DNA of 64,000 nucleotides from Pavona decussata (Eukaryota): NCBI GenBank assembly GCA_977016875.1, contig CDRNST010000080.1, positions 496,001 to 560,000 of the forward strand, read 5' to 3'. Shown piece by piece: positions 25,383 to 40,349 of this stretch (position 1 is its first letter; each line of letters starts with the position of its first letter). The notes under the pieces were generated by a model. It saw only the letters and a program-made list of their open reading frames with translations, ran no database searches and was not told where the DNA came from. The position numbers and the translations under genes were made by a program.

Positions 25383-28300
25383 CTATATTATCTCTGTCAA
25401 CAAAAAGCGCATAAGCTGGCGACTTTCAATTATACCATAAACGTACATGCATATGAATTTGCTTGGGACAGTCAATAAATGCTAAAGAAGCCTTCAGCAA
25501 GAAGTCGGAGTATCATTATATGAAATATTAAATGGAACGTTTATGACAGTGAGGCCAGGACAAAGGAAAAATGAACGGAAAAAAAATGCAAGGCGCACTG
25601 AACTTTAAGTCTCATCCGGTTGGCGACGTTAATTAGGTAACAGTCTTTCAAAACAAGTCCTTTAGAAAGTAATAAATCAAAAGAAGGATACTCACTACAC
25701 CAGCCGCACGATTTGGCGCAATACTTCTTAGTCCATTTGTGGTGATGTTTGCAGTAATTTTTATACCCTGCAAGAGTCGGGCACTGGGAAGCGTAAGCGT
25801 CACTGTCTTTGCAATCTAGATAGATGGAAATAAATGAAATGACAGGAGCACGAGCCAGGTTGAATGAATAATCTATTCTTAACCGGTTGGTAAATAACAG
25901 GTTGAGGTTTGTAAGGAGCTTCGAAAATATCCTCAAAATGAGTATCTGATCGTTCTACAAAGTAAATGTTCAGCAAATTATGCACGCCATTAGAGCAGAA
26001 CCACGCGACTTTGACTGACTAGGCTAAATTCTCATCTCTATCCTTGCCTAAAGATGCGTCGGCATGTGCTGGATGCTGATTCCCGATTCCGCCTACAAGA
26101 CTGTGCACATCCTGCTCTCCGCGATTGTAGTTTATTCCGTGTACGCCTGAAGTACACGAAGCTGAATTGCTTATGTCCAATTAATACTACATGGCATCGA
26201 GGGTAATTTGTAACTTTCTTGACCATTCCAGAACTAAAACAAGGAAACCAACTTTAAACATCAAAAATATATAGCGCTTCAGTCTAAAGAAGAATTTGGA
26301 TGCAATCATAAATTATGAAAGGGCCATTCAATTTTAAATGTTTGTGCCATGCGTTTTTCCCGATAGCTCGCTTGCAAGACAATCTTCTATTTGTTACTGA
26401 TGTTGTCGACTGATGGATTTGAAGATTCATAGGTTTTAGAAAGTATAGCTCTTGAACACCCGACAGTCACAATAATTAAAGCAGCTTGGGTTTTTTTTTA
26501 CCTGACATGGAAGGTTTATCTTCTTTGCTACTTTTCTAATGTATATTTAGGTGACTTACCTGACGAAGTTGGCTTTGGAGGTGTTGGTTTCGGCGGAAGT
26601 GATGGCGAAGGAGGTACAACGCCTGAAATTTTGCTTTTTACCCAAGAACTGAGGTAGCGAACCTTAGCGTACACCCCATACTTCATTGGAGAAGCGCAAC
26701 CGTATCCCCAGCTAGTGGCTCCTTCCAGGTACCATTTGCCATTGTATTCACAGACCAGAGGACCTCCACTGTCACCCTGACAAGCATCGATTCCTCCTTG
26801 ATCTAGGCCAGCACACAGCATGGAATCATGGATCTTCCCCGGGTACCCCTTCAGGCAACGAGCCTTTGAGACGAGTGGCACATCGACCTGCATTAGCTTA
26901 TCCGGGCTGGAACCGCCAGAAGACAGTGTTCCCCAGCCTGTTATCCAACACTTCTTGTTGATGTCATCGATTGGTAAGGGCAGTTTGGAATCTGGCATGC
27001 AAACGAGACCAACTCCTTTGCCGATCTTGGCAGGTTTCTCTAGTCTGATCAATGCAATATCGTGGCTGTATCTCTTCGGTGAGTGATAACTCTCATGGCT
27101 GATGATCTCTGCAACTTTAACATCTTGCTCTGTACCCACGGATCCATGCTCGTTTTTGCGGAAGTGTGCTCCCAACCTATGCAAAGAAATCGCATATTCA
27201 TATTCATCGCGTATTGAATGTGAGATGATAGCTCCACTGAGACGCATAGCATCCCGTCGGCTATAATTTATCCATACCAAACAAGGGTGAATGGAATGTT
27301 TTTTTGATTGTTTTATTGCAACTGCTAATTGTTAGATCTTGTTGATTTCATTTTATAAGAACAAGAAAACTTATATAGGCATATTTCTATATCATGTACG
27401 GGAATTTAAGAATTTTATCATAATATATAGGCTAGATACCGGCGTTTGTATGAAGAGGGGCAAAGCTTGTACGTTTCCAGATAAACGTATAATTATATAA
27501 CTTTCAGACTTAACAATTTCTCAAAAGAAAAATAACCTCAAACTTTGCCTAATTATGAATTTTAAGGTGCTTTTTACAGAAGTGTCAATGTTTTTTCTTT
27601 ACCCTGCTTTCATCAAAATTTTAAATTACTGTTTTAGAGGAGAATGGTCAAGGCAATGGCTGACGACACCAGTAAGCCAATTAAAACTCTAAAATTGCAT
27701 TATGTAATGATTCAATCAAACGAAAAAAAAAAAAAAGAAACGCTTATTCCAACGAATCTTCATTGTATTTGGGTTGCAAAATTACTGTGTTCCCGTACGG
27801 CCGAGCTTTCATCGCGAGATAAAATTCAATGTAGCTATATAGCTACACGACTGTTTTTGTAAAAGATTATTTTTATCCTAAGCGCATGTAAAATATTGCT
27901 ATGACGTTGGCCCAGCTTTCAAGAGAAGCGCTTTAGAGAAGCGTGTTAAAGTTTTTCAAGTACTATTGTTTCCTCACAAACTAACCAATCATTCTCACCT
28001 CACTTCAAAGCCATTTTAAACATTTGTGGAAGAACGAAATTATTTTATATAAGTGACGAAAATTATCGGTGGCAGGCATTTCTTATAAGCTACGTATAGC
28101 TTGGCCTTCTCGAGGATGGCAGTCTGATAATAATAGTCTGGCCGATTATGAAAAATCAATGATACCTGATTACAACGTCTGTTGATCTTTTTTGAACAAC
28201 ACAATGTGCCGCTGAGACAACCCAGTAAGGATCAATCAGGGATCCTCCACAGAAAGGGAAACCCCAGGATGTCCTTAGCTGGACTTGCCATGGCCAACTG

Positions 28301-29002
28301 TTCACCGAGGCTTCATGGCCACCAACAATCCTTGTCTGGGGACGAGAACCACAGCTTCCTGTTTTGAGATAAGGCAATAATATCAATTTTAGATCATGCA
28401 TTAAATCATTCGTTAACTAAATTAAAATGTCATTAGCGATTTTGTAACATGAAATTGCTCTTACAATGCAGGAAAGAAAATGTTAAGGTTTTTCTTCTAC
28501 GAAGAACCGAACCATAACACTGACTTTTAGCGACTTCTATAAAATACACGGGGAGAGTTTGAAAAAAAAAATGGCCAATTTTTTCAAGTTGCAATCCATT
28601 TCCATCCTAGCCATCCGTAGCCAAAACATATTAATACTAGTTTCTTTGTACTAGTAGGTTTATTGTTAACAATTCTTAACCATTATTTTAACGATTCCAT
28701 TGAAACAAATACGTTTTTTTCTGGCTTTTCATAGCGACACTAAAAATTTGGACACTGCCCCTTTAACCAATCTGATTTGTATTAAGGATGACCATTCAAA
28801 TTTTATTTTTGCTGATGTATCGATATATACCAGCAAGACCGTAATCTTTATTTGATGTGCGTTTCAAATCTCTCAAATACGAAATGATTTCAAATGATAT
28901 TTCTGAATTAATGTAGGGGGTAAAAAGGCATAAAAAATACTTACCCTCGGAAGATGCGACGGCACTTAGAAGGCAAGAAACGACCAAGAGCAACACATTC
29001 AT
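25383..29002 (-). CDS. Gene 4: secreted trypsin-like protease with Pro-rich linker and C-terminal ShKT domain
   Basis: Exons: 29002-28945 ([19 protein letters not shown]), 28358-28166 (CGSRPQTR|IVGG..SAAHC), 27176-26560 (DIAL; [11 protein letters not shown]; [16 protein letters not shown]), 25815-25696 ([39 protein letters not shown]), probable last exon 25393-25383 (KII*). AATAAA on the - strand at 25139-25134. Confidence 0.87.
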
Positions 29003-32000
29003 GATGTCGCAACGTTAACTATTGAAAGTAGATTGAAAGAACTTGCTACCCAGGTTTTATTGCCTGCAGGAGAAATAAGGTGAAAACATCTGGCTAAACA
29101 CCTTTCAAAAGGAAATATCAAATGGGTTTACTTATTCCCAATTTGAAAACAAAGTTGTCATACTCCAGACTGTATTCTCAATACCGCTCTAGTAAACTGT
29201 TGAACCTCTATTCAATGGATTTGGACACAGCTGTCTTGTGTTAATGTAGCTGTAAAAAGTTTTCATCTGATATAGTCATTTATCAGAGGCAGATAAAATT
29301 ACATAATAAACATAAATCTTCCGGTCTTTCGGTAACATTTTTATGCCACATTGTTGTACGCGAGTAAACTGGATTATTTGTAATAAAAAGATTACAATCA
29401 GTGCGTTTCGGAGAATTTTTTCTTTTACTTTATTTGTCTGACAGTTTAATGAATTTTATTTTGACCAAATAAAAGCTTTTATGTCTCCCTCCCAGGTTTC
29501 TTCGTCCATTAGGTTTTTCACAGGAGACAGGCTAGGGGTAAGTTGGTTGTGAAATAATGGCCCAGGTTCCTCGTTTGAACCTTGGACCTTTACCAGAACC
29601 AGATCACCATCGTATAATTATCACGAGACTCTCAGGACAATAACCGTTTCGCAACATCACGAGGCTTTTGGCCAAATGTTCACTCACAATAAAAATACTT
29701 TCTCTCGCTTTCATAGTTAGGCAAAGACCCTTTATAAGGGTGCGTTATCCATTAGTTCGCCCTCTCAGTCTGCAGCCTTAAACTTCAGATTTCAGGAAAA
29801 TCAAACAATCAACCCGCCCCCATCCCCGTCTTCCACCCTCGTATTTCTTGTTTTTAATTTTCTAGCTTGCCTTTTTTCTTGCCCTCACCTTTGCTAGAGC
29901 TTTTAATACCTGATTCTTTCCTTACCCTTTTTTTATATATTAGTTTAAGTTTTGTTCTTTTAAATTAAAAGCGGCCATGAACAATGGCCAAATTTTTATC
30001 CCCAAACGAAGTGGGTTTGTATTATGTTTTTAAGGTTTTTTAGAAGCGCTCTAGCAAACAAGCTTGGCTGATGGCAATCAAAATTGATGTATTTTAATGT
30101 TGCTCACAATCGCAGAGAGGAGACATAAATTAGATATATCGTTACTTTATATATTGCAGTAACATTAGCCCTTAGTTTTCTTTTTTACTGAATTGTGTAT
30201 CAAATGTGCCTTTTAACAAAGCTGAATAAACCTCAGTAAAATTGTAAATAATTATTTGCATGTTACGTAGTTCTTCAGTTGTAATTACCTTTTGTCAAAG
30301 CAATCACAAAGTCTTGTATTTTATTTTTATTTTCCTTGTTACATTAAACTTTTTGTATTGCTACCATGTTGTAGTAGTTTGATAGCTATTTTCTGGCTTC
30401 TTTTTATTGTAGATGTAACCGGTTGTTGTCTTTATTTATTGTCGATAACATACTTGATATTAAATGCTTTTCACCCTGGGTTGTAAATATGTAATAACGT
30501 CAGGGGCGATGAGGTGTGTTAAGTCTTCGGGAAAAATGGCTTGCACCATTGCACAAATGTTTTAAAAGATACTGACACCTTTAAAAATACACAGGTCAAA
30601 ATATTTGTTTCGCAGTATAAGCAAAGAACTGCACTTATTGATTTTTGTGCGTTTTTTTTTTGAAGGTGAACGCAGTGTGTTTTAATTTATTTCCTATGAC
30701 CAGCCATACATGAGTACATGAATAGGGAATTAAACCGATTACTATCTATAGCTCATCTGTAAACTATTCCAGTAACAATTCTTTAGGCCAAGGAATTTGA
30801 AGTTTTAAATCGTCAACTCAGATACTTCTTCCATCTTGTTAGATACTTGATCTTTACCTCTATAAATAGGCTGTAAATAGGCTTTAGTTTGGGTTTCATT
30901 ATTCCAGTTCAGCGCTTTGGATATTAGATGAAAGATATGAGCCTTGTTGGGTAGAACTATTCTTAGTAGATCTATGTTGCTTTCAATTTACAGGGAAGAC
31001 TAGGAGACGAATATATTATGTGGTTTAACATACAAATGAAGGCACTTTAACGATTATGTAGACAAAAACCGGTAAATTGGAGAGTATAGTCTAGTTTCTA
31101 GTCTGTAATTCAAGGAGGCCGAATTCAGACAACGTGAATCTGTCTAGAGTGTCAGGCGGGTTGATACACTGTAAATTTTTTAAAAGTTAGATTTCAACGA
31201 GTTATTTACGAGAGCTAGTACAAAGTGTTATGAGTCGGTGTAGCCAACTTCACCCCATCAAGATCGGGGAGAGGGTGGGGGGCGGATTCTAGTCGGGTTG
31301 ACTTTGAACGTTTACAACCTTTCCAATATGTGAGAAGCGCCACCAAACCTTGCAACTTTTTTTAGAAATTTATCTAGGAATAATTTGGTGTGGTAAGTCG
31401 ATGTTCATTGAATTTGGGTACCTGATAGCATCTAATTTTGACGGGCAGATTTTTAAAAATTGAAATATTCCTGTATTTAAGAAAAAAAAAAACTTTTGCA
31501 CTCGTCAGCGTTCATTTTTTTATATCAATTTAGCATTGTTTTATTGGTTTCGATGGCGGATATCCCGGATGGCCTTCGTTCGAGTCGTTCGATTGTGGAC
31601 TTAAAGTAGATATCCTTCGAACTACTATTTATATCTCAGTATTCAGTGTCGTACGGTACGGGTTCAGATAACATTAAACTTTGGTGCAACAAGAAGCTGA
31701 TAGCAGCTTAAACTCTGACCATATTTGACTAAACACTGGGTGATATAAGCTCACGATCAAAGTGACAACAAGAGCATTATTTTACATTTCCTTCTATTTT
31801 CAAAAATTACAGACTTAACTCATAGAACATACAATTATACTTCACTCTGAATACATGGCCTAGTAGCTACATAACCGTGAAAATGTTCGTTGTCATATTG
31901 GTAACAAATTCAACACTTTTGGCAGAAAAATTATGAATAAAGAATTTATTAGAAATTTGAGGTACAGCCTTATACACAACCAAATTTCTTTGGTTGCGCG

Positions 32001-34008
32001 CCCCGATCGAATTTTTTCCTTTGTTGTCCCAAAAACCCCTTTTCCTTTAAATATATTGATCTCCCTATGCTCAAATATTAATTCCTGTCATTTATTTGAA
32101 GCAAGAAGAAATGTTTCGAAAGATAAATAGCATTTCATTCCATTTCAGACATGTGCTTACGCAATAACACACTCAAGTAGTACATATACTCAGCTCGTAC
32201 CAGCCCTCGCTTGTATGCTAGCGCTGCAGCTGACGATATAAGTGGTTTGGAACCAATCCCTAGAGATCCAAAAGACACTAGTGTGGCAGTCCTGTTGAAT
32301 GATTTTCGAGAATGAAATGGACAGAAAATTCTCAATTCGGTGTCAAGGTCCTACGTTTTTCAACTTGCTAAGTCGTAAAATTCAAAACAGTGAAGTATCA
32401 GTTTTTTTGGCAAAAGACTTAAAAAAATTCGTTCTTTCTTAGTTAAATTGACATTTTGTTGAGCTACACGCCTTTTCTTTTTTTTTTTTTCTTTCTTTCT
32501 TTTTCTCTTCTTTTAAAAAAAATGATTGGAATTTTCATTCAGTACCCTTATCTTCTTTGGTTTATCCTATAGTTCCAGGAAGCCTATAGTTAATAAGCCC
32601 CAGGCTTCTATATAGGCTTCCAAGCCTTTACAAAAATTCATCTTGTAAATAGTTTAGTAGGAATATTGTAATAGTAGGAATATTGTGTATCATCTTTAAT
32701 GTATTTATGTTGTATTTTTTGGTTAATAGCAAATAAATGAACTGAATTGAATTGAGTTGAATTACAGTCGAATTCCTGTTTCTAATGTCCGTCAATTGAA
32801 TGGAATCTTGAACATTTACTGAAAAAGATATGTGAAAATTTTCGGAAAACATCTCTGCTTAATGCTGTAATAAAAAAAAAGAATCATAGCTTTATGCTGT
32901 CAATAAACTAGGGAAATTTCTACACCTTTTCAACCTACTATGATCAAATGATATTTTTTTTGTTGGTCTAAGCAACAGCTGTTACCATAACAACGATGAC
33001 GTTGATTTTAGTTATTAACGCATCCTTTGTTAAAATCACTTGAAACATAAAACTGGTCACACAGCCATTTGTAATTTGCCCAAATCAAAATATTTCAAAA
33101 ATGGCCAACAAATTTTGTTTTTCAATTGTGGGGCGTTAGAATAATCAGTCCGTTTTGATGTTAGATCAAGTTTTAGGTTTAAACACTATTTCGGTGTTAG
33201 ATAAGAAGGCTGAAACTCGATCAAGTATCAGTCTTTGTTCTCTTTCTTTCAACACGAGTTTCATTTTGTTTTTCCTGGTCCATTTCACTGATATTTTCGT
33301 GCGATGAATATTTATATACACCACACTTGCGTTCACTCACAGATTTATCGATTCATTCTCATCTTAAAATAACAATAGCAGTAGTAATTTTTTTTGTAAG
33401 GCGTGAATGATAAACTCGTAAGTGAACACATTTCTTAATTGAACGGATCACTTGAGGAGATAGTAGAACGTCTATTGTACACAAGTTGCCTAGTTCAAAT
33501 CCAGCAATTTCATATTTTCAAACCGCATAGTTGTGGAGTTTGCACGGTCCACAAGCTGTTTAAATAGAGCAAGAGTTTCAAAAAGATATCCGTATTCAGG
33601 TTTTTATTTTTTCTATTGACCGATAACTAAAGAGTAGACCAAGAAGCCGTGTGGCAACACGGAAACAGCATATTCAGAGAGAAACGACGACAGTCATACA
33701 TTTGAAGTTTCAAAATTAATTGAAACATAATGTTTATTCTCGTGTTTAAGTTGCAAGCGAGTATACTTACTTCTATTGAATTCTAAACAAGTAGGAACAA
33801 AACAAACAAAATATGATAAAAGTAAAACCTTTATGTTTTCTGTCTCTTGACTGTGAAAAGGTTCTCGGGAACAAAACATGTTTGGTTAACTGCTACAGAT
33901 GAATATACAATTGTTAGAGTGCGGCTCTCTTTTGTGTAATTTCACATAAGTCTTTTGAAATCAGCAAGCTTGTTGCAAAAGCATTCTGTTGCAGAGCCCG
34001 GAGCCAAC

Positions 34009-37000
34009 ATGAGGTTTGGTCAGTTTGTGGCCTTCCTTTGTTTCTTAACTTCTACTATTGCTTTCAACCCAGAAGGTTTGTTTTTCTCTGATAAGTTTAA
34101 TGAACTATCTAGTTCCTGTGTATCCACTTATTTAGCCGGTCTCTTTCACGTTGGTTGCTGATTACATGATGATGCTCATGATGACGATTTTTAGAAAAGC
34201 ATATCCTAGTTTGAGACAATTCCATTTATTTGCTACTCATACTGAATTCTCATATATTTGTCCACGAGCCCATTAAGGTTCACAGAAAAAGGTTAATAGG
34301 AAAACTCTCGTCCTTGGCAAAGTAAGCTCGGAGCAGCAAGTAGGAAGAGAGTCCTTTTAATTATTAAACCCACACTTTTTTGGTGAGTTACCGATTATTC
34401 CAAGACGTCATATTTAAAATGATTCAACTTGGCTATTAATTCACATCTGCATCCGGAGAGGATTCAGGATTTTTTTATTGACATTAAGAAGCTCGCCAGT
34501 CGGCGTAAACCCTTCTGATGCAGTAGAAGAGATGAGAGCGGCCAAAAGGCGTGCTAAAACAGAAATATTTTGAATAAGGCAAAGCAAAATGTTTAAAACA
34601 ATACATTTTTTCAAAGAGGCAAATCTGGTATTTTTACTTCTTAAGGTCGAGGCTGCATCCTCGTCAACCTGTCGCTTAGGTCTTCCCATGATATGACGCG
34701 ATTTATTAATAATTACTGCTTTACAACAACAGTACCCAAGCAGAGGATGGCATGTCGACCACCGCCAAAGTCAGCAAAAAGAGAAGCGTAATTTTCTTAT
34801 TTGTTTCCAGAACGTGGGCTTTCTAAAAATAGACAATGATGGTGTATTGTATTATACATCTTGAGAAGTTAGCCAATCAAATAACGTAAAACATCGATAC
34901 TCTGTGGAGATAACGTTGAAAGAAACTGCTATAAATTTAATCCCACAAAAAATTGGCCTGAAATGAAGAAGAACTACCAATTCCCCCTGTTAAGTGATCG
35001 CGCGCTTTACAACAACAACAACAACAACAACAACAAAAAACAACCTTTATTTTCGTCATGATTGTAGTGTATTTTGATTACGTTCTTATGTGGTAAAAAT
35101 TAAAAGTTACTTTAACAAGCAAAGGTAAAGTCGACAAAAAATAACAGTGATAACTAAAATTGTTGTCGTCTGATCTTCATGCATCTCAGCCAGTTTAAAA
35201 TGCATTGCTGGACACTGAATTTTGAAACAGCTGTTCCATCTTTTCTGCTTCCGTTTAATTTCAACAGAAAATGTGGGTGGGGACGCAGATTTATTCGAAG
35301 GAGATATGCGGCTCAACCTTGAACAAAGAGCTGTTGCTAACGGAGGCCGGGGATCGATAAAGACTAAAAAATGGACCGGAGCAGTTTTAACATATACCAT
35401 CCATTCATCGCTGGGTAAGTGGAAACAGTCAGTACAATATTACAGTCATTTTCTAGACGATATTCTATCATTGTTTAAATGCCGTTAAGTTTTGATTTTT
35501 AAGTGATGATGTTTCTAAAAGTAATGATGTTTAATTCGAAAGATAAAACTATCAACTACACTAAAGGTAAAAATATCAAATATAGCATCGCCTCGAAGAG
35601 ATCAGGATCTCTTTAGTCATCGCTAAATTGTGTTTGTTTCTTGAAAAAAGTAAAGGAACAATATAATGAAAATTAATTGTGGTTATACTAACCGGCTATC
35701 ATCAAATTGCAAGCATAACAACGATCCGGAATAAAGCCGAATCCTCCATTCAAAACGTTCTTTGAAAACTCAGCATTGAGATAGTGAGATAGAGCTGCAG
35801 ATTGTTGATCTGGAGATTTTTCATTAGCCCAGAACGGTGGCGACCAACCAAAATACTGTTAAGTCTGGAAGTAACAAGGGCTGTCATACTCCAGTATAAA
35901 TCTCAAATTTTTGTGTCGGTGCATTGCTTTTCAGCTGAACCTTGCATAACTATTCTTTAAACTTTGCTTCGATTTTGGGTTTAAAGAGCCGGCCCAAAAA
36001 AGTTTGGGCAAATAATATCAGAAAACTGTAGTGTATTAGAGCATTTGGAGTCTTTTACGGTGAACATAATTACATTTTTTCTTAATTTATTCCAAGAAAT
36101 CATAGTCAAATTAACCACAAGTAATTTGTGTCTTACGATACAGCTCAAATATGAGGATAGTTCATTTTGTTGCAAGTATTTCATAACATTTCTCTAACAT
36201 CGACCAATTGTATGGACATTTGATGTTACTGGAACGTGCATTAATCCTGTCAATGATCGTAGGTGGTTGATGGGACAATATACGGTAAATTAAAAAAAAA
36301 AGAGTCATTATTTAGGTATTTTAATATTTACTTAGCTTATGCTTACATTCAATTTTACGTTACCCAATAGCCAACGAGCCGAGGGCAATGGATAGAATTC
36401 GTGTAGCAATGGAAGAATGGGAAAAGATGACATGCATTCGATTCAGAAATCGAACAACGGAGCTCGATTACGTGGAATTTTTCAGGGGATCAGGGTAGGA
36501 GCTAAATTTAATGGTAACTGATGCCTTTCTTACTGCCTGTCACCTACTAACTTTTAAAATGATTTAAATGATGAGAATGATGTATTAGTCAGTAATTACA
36601 CAGGCAAACTTAGACAAAGGAATTCCGAGTGCTCCTATCAGGAATTGAACCTAAGACTATCCGATTACTAGTTCGGTTGCTCTACCACTGAGCTACAGGA
36701 GACTCATGGGAGCCACGGCCATTAAATCAGGTTCATGGGACAAACATCCTGCATACTGCTAGAAATGGAATGTCAATGTAGGCATATGCCCAATGAAAGG
36801 AAATGTGAAGTGAATGATACAGGAAAACGAGAGAAAAATTCTCCCTACCTTTTTTCGCTAAAAGGAAGATGGCTGCGCCTCGTGGTTTTAAATCCCAAAA
36901 AACCACTCCTCCTCGTGTTTTAAACATTACATAAAAATGCCTTTTTTTAAGTTATAGCGAGTTATGAACTGTGGGCGATTAACAACGACGAGTGTCAACT

Positions 37001-39025
37001 ACTTTTAACCTCACATATGTATGAAGAAGGCATGTTGGTTGACTGTACTGTGGAGTTGGGTAATTTTTCTCACGATACCGAACTGTTCAAACCTTGCATT
37101 GTGAACGTGGTTGCGTTACTTTTGTCGTTTTTTTTAAACACGGTTTTGTGGTTTGTTGTTGCATGTTTATCGTGGTATTGCGGTTTCCATAATCGTCCAA
37201 TGTCCTTCTCTCATGTATGGCGGTATGACACAATTCGATTATCGACTTCTGTGATAGAAGTTTGTTAACTTGTTTCTGTTTACAGATGTTGGTCATATGT
37301 GGGGATGAACGGAGGCAGACAACAGCTATCACTTGCGTCTGGCTGCTGGCACAAGGGTACAATCGTCCACGAAATTGGTAAGCAAAACCATTGCGAGAAT
37401 GAGGCCACATCGTGGTTTTCAGTAAAAATGGATCCAAGGGGCCGGGGTACGGAAGATCATTGCAGAAACATACTTTTTTCGTTAGTCCCACGTTCGTGAC
37501 ATGATGAATAATACATTTATTTATTGCACGGCTCGGTCTTTAGCAGGCAAGAGGAATCAATTTTGTTGTTGTTTTGGAAGAAAACTCTCAACATTTCCCT
37601 AACAAAAAAAGAAGGAAAATTTAATCATGTATTGTAAATGTCGTTTTCCTACAATGAAGGTGCCGTTGAATAGCTGAGTCGCTCTGTATTAATGTCAGAT
37701 TTGATGTAATCTCTTCTGTATCATAAAACTGTTATTGGGCTTATAGGGACATCAGCTACGAGAATCCCTATTATCATTGATAAAAAGTTATTATTATGTT
37801 TAAAACAATCCCTTTTTGGCATGTCTCCAGAGGGCTTGTTAATGTTAGTGTTACAAAGTGGTTGGTTTGGTGAGGCTATTACTGATACCTGTACTACTAA
37901 AAGAAAGCAGTTCCAAAAGAAGGAAGGAAAGAGGGAAGGAGGAAGGAGGTTAACTGAGGCAAGAAATACAGTTTATGAGCAATTATTTCATTTACAGGCC
38001 ACGCACTTGGCTTCTACCATGAACAATCCAGACCTGACCGTGATGACTTCGTCGAAATCAAGTTTGAAAACATCTACGACGGTATGGCCAGCTGTTTTTC
38101 TCCGTTTTCAAGCCATGTCATTAAAAGTAGATTTCTGAGAAGTTTTTAGAACGTTTTTGTTCATTGAGCTATCCAAGAGGACGCACCTCGCTTTGTAGTG
38201 AACAGTTTACTTTAGCAGTTTATTTAAAAAAGAAAAAAAAAACTGCAGTATGGAGCCGGAGTATAGCATGATCCTGAGTATCACCTCAAAGAGTCCACCT
38301 CTCCACAAGATCTTTTAATTTGCCTTGTGCGGAATCTAGTGAAAAGGCTGCGTGTTAACCCTGTCTAGAACGGGCTGGTTTTTGTCTTCTGGGACCAAGG
38401 GATGCAGATTCCACTACTCATCCATAACTTCTCAAGTATGTAAGCTATGGCAATAAAACAGAATGGATATTTCGTCCAAAGTTGTTTCCGTTGAGGCCCG
38501 CAACGGGAAGTAATGACGTCATATAACGTGGCAATTATGCCATGATTGCCAGACAGCGGCCATTTTGGATCAGTCTTCTTAGATTTCTAGATTTCCCCAA
38601 AACTTCCGGAAAGCGTCGAAAAGTAATCAAAACCAATAAAATAACACTAACACAAGCTTATATAAAAACGAAACAATTACGATAAGAAAAGTAATTCCTC
38701 GTTATTTTCAAAACCAACTTTCCATTTTCTTAAAAAAACTTCCTGCAATGGTTGACGTGGTAACATCAAAGTCCATGAATAATAATTGACTACATGACCA
38801 AACCTCAGTACAGAGACAAAGCAAGTGCGCACAAAAGAAAGCCAAACTTGAATCTTTCTTATAAGCATAACAGAGAAGCAGAAAATAGAAAAATCGAGAG
38901 AGCCGAGATGGAAATGGGAATGTTGTAGCACATGCTAAGCAAAACAAATGTCGTACGTGTTAATTTTAAGCAAAGAGATTTAAGTTGACTCTCGTAGCTT
39001 CTCGTGTTTTGCTTACTTACTTACC

Positions 39026-39084
<59 letters not shown>

Positions 39085-40349
39085 GATTTAAGTCAGTTAT
39101 TCCGTGAAGTCGAACTCATATGAACACAAAGCCAATGGCGCACAGACGCGCAAGGAAACCGATGTGTTTCCGAATAAGAGAATATTGCTTCATACACCGT
39201 GAGTGGGAGAAAAAACGGATTACTGAAAGTCTACTGAAAACTGATGTGTCCTGGTGAGTCCATTATAAACATGAATAATTCGTGTATGCAACGTTTTGTA
39301 GGAAACAAGCACAACTTCAATAAATACAGCACTGCAATTATTGATTCCCATGGAACGCCTTATGATTATGGATCCATCATGCACTATGGGTCGAGGTATT
39401 TCTCCAAAAATGGTAAACCAACAATTGTCCCGAAGAAATCAGGGGTAAGAAAATATTTTTAACACATCACTTTTGAAAATTGTTTTTTTTTTTTTTACAA
39501 ACCTTATGCACAGGGTGATCGGAAAACCGCAATTTTGGAATGGAAAGCATAGCCATTAAGTCATAGTTGTAGTCATATCTTATTTACCCATGGTGTTTCA
39601 GTTAAAAAGACTTCGCAAGCAAGACAAATTTTCTTAAACATACCAGTCTATTCCATCTCAGTAATATTCTACCTATTCTACCTATTAAAAAATCTAAAAA
39701 GCAACAAAATTAATTAACAAGAAAATTTCGTGCTTTACAAGGGTGTCATGCTCCTGACAAATTATTGAAATACAAAGAGAATTACACACTTTAGAGATTG
39801 TCGCAAAGTATTTCGTATAAGTCGGTCAAACAAACTGCCCAGAAAATAGTCAAAAACAATAAAGTAATGCTAAAATTGTTGAAAAATGTAAACGCTGTGA
39901 AAATAATGATNNNNNNNNNNNNNNNNNNNNNNNNNNNNNNNNNNNNNNNNNNNNNNNNNNNNNNNNNNNNNNNNNNNNNNNNNNNNNNNNNNNNNNNNNN
40001 NNNNNNNNNNNNNNNNNNNNNNNNNNNNNNNNNNNNNNNNNNNNNNNNNNNNNNNNNNNNNNNNNNNNNNNNNNNNNNNNNNNNNNNNNNNNNNNNNNNN
40101 NNNNNNNNNNNNNNGGCGTTATGTTTTTGACCAATCCTCTTTACATGACCGTTGACCGTGCTTCAAAACGTGAAGACCTGAAGTGACTCATTTTAATTAC
40201 ATAACTGATTAAATAAAATTATGTTATTTGTTACTTTCGACGACATGTTTTCTTAGCTTAATATTTATCTTTTAAGGTTACTATTGGTCAAAGAAACGGA
40301 TTAAGTGCAATTGACGCCAATCAGATGAATCTTCGATACAACTGTCCAG
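34009..40349 (+). CDS. Gene 5 module: signal peptide, propeptide and astacin (M12A) zinc metalloprotease
   Basis: Exons: 34009-34075, 35268-35414 (LFEGDM Asp-switch; GGR|GSIKTKKW), 36371-36494, 37286-37377, 37998-38081 (HEIG|[15 protein letters not shown]), 39302-39444 (YDYGSIMHY Met-turn), 40277-40349 (IGQR..LS..D..YNC). Confidence 0.92.

Noticed and set aside
29100-33900. Hidden gene in the divergent intergenic region between genes 4 and 5
   Set aside because: Only short AT-rich ORFs and decayed repeat fragments; no exon chain found.
34300-34787. Possible extra astacin propeptide mini-exons (34300-34321, 34489-~34549, 34733-~34787; e.g. [16 protein letters not shown])
   Set aside because: Weak acceptors and GC donors would be required, and exon 1 already splices in frame to 35268; cannot be supported without RNA data.
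36630-36702. tRNA gene
   Set aside because: A and B boxes are present but it is embedded in a longer repeat with a degenerate relative elsewhere; SINE-like.
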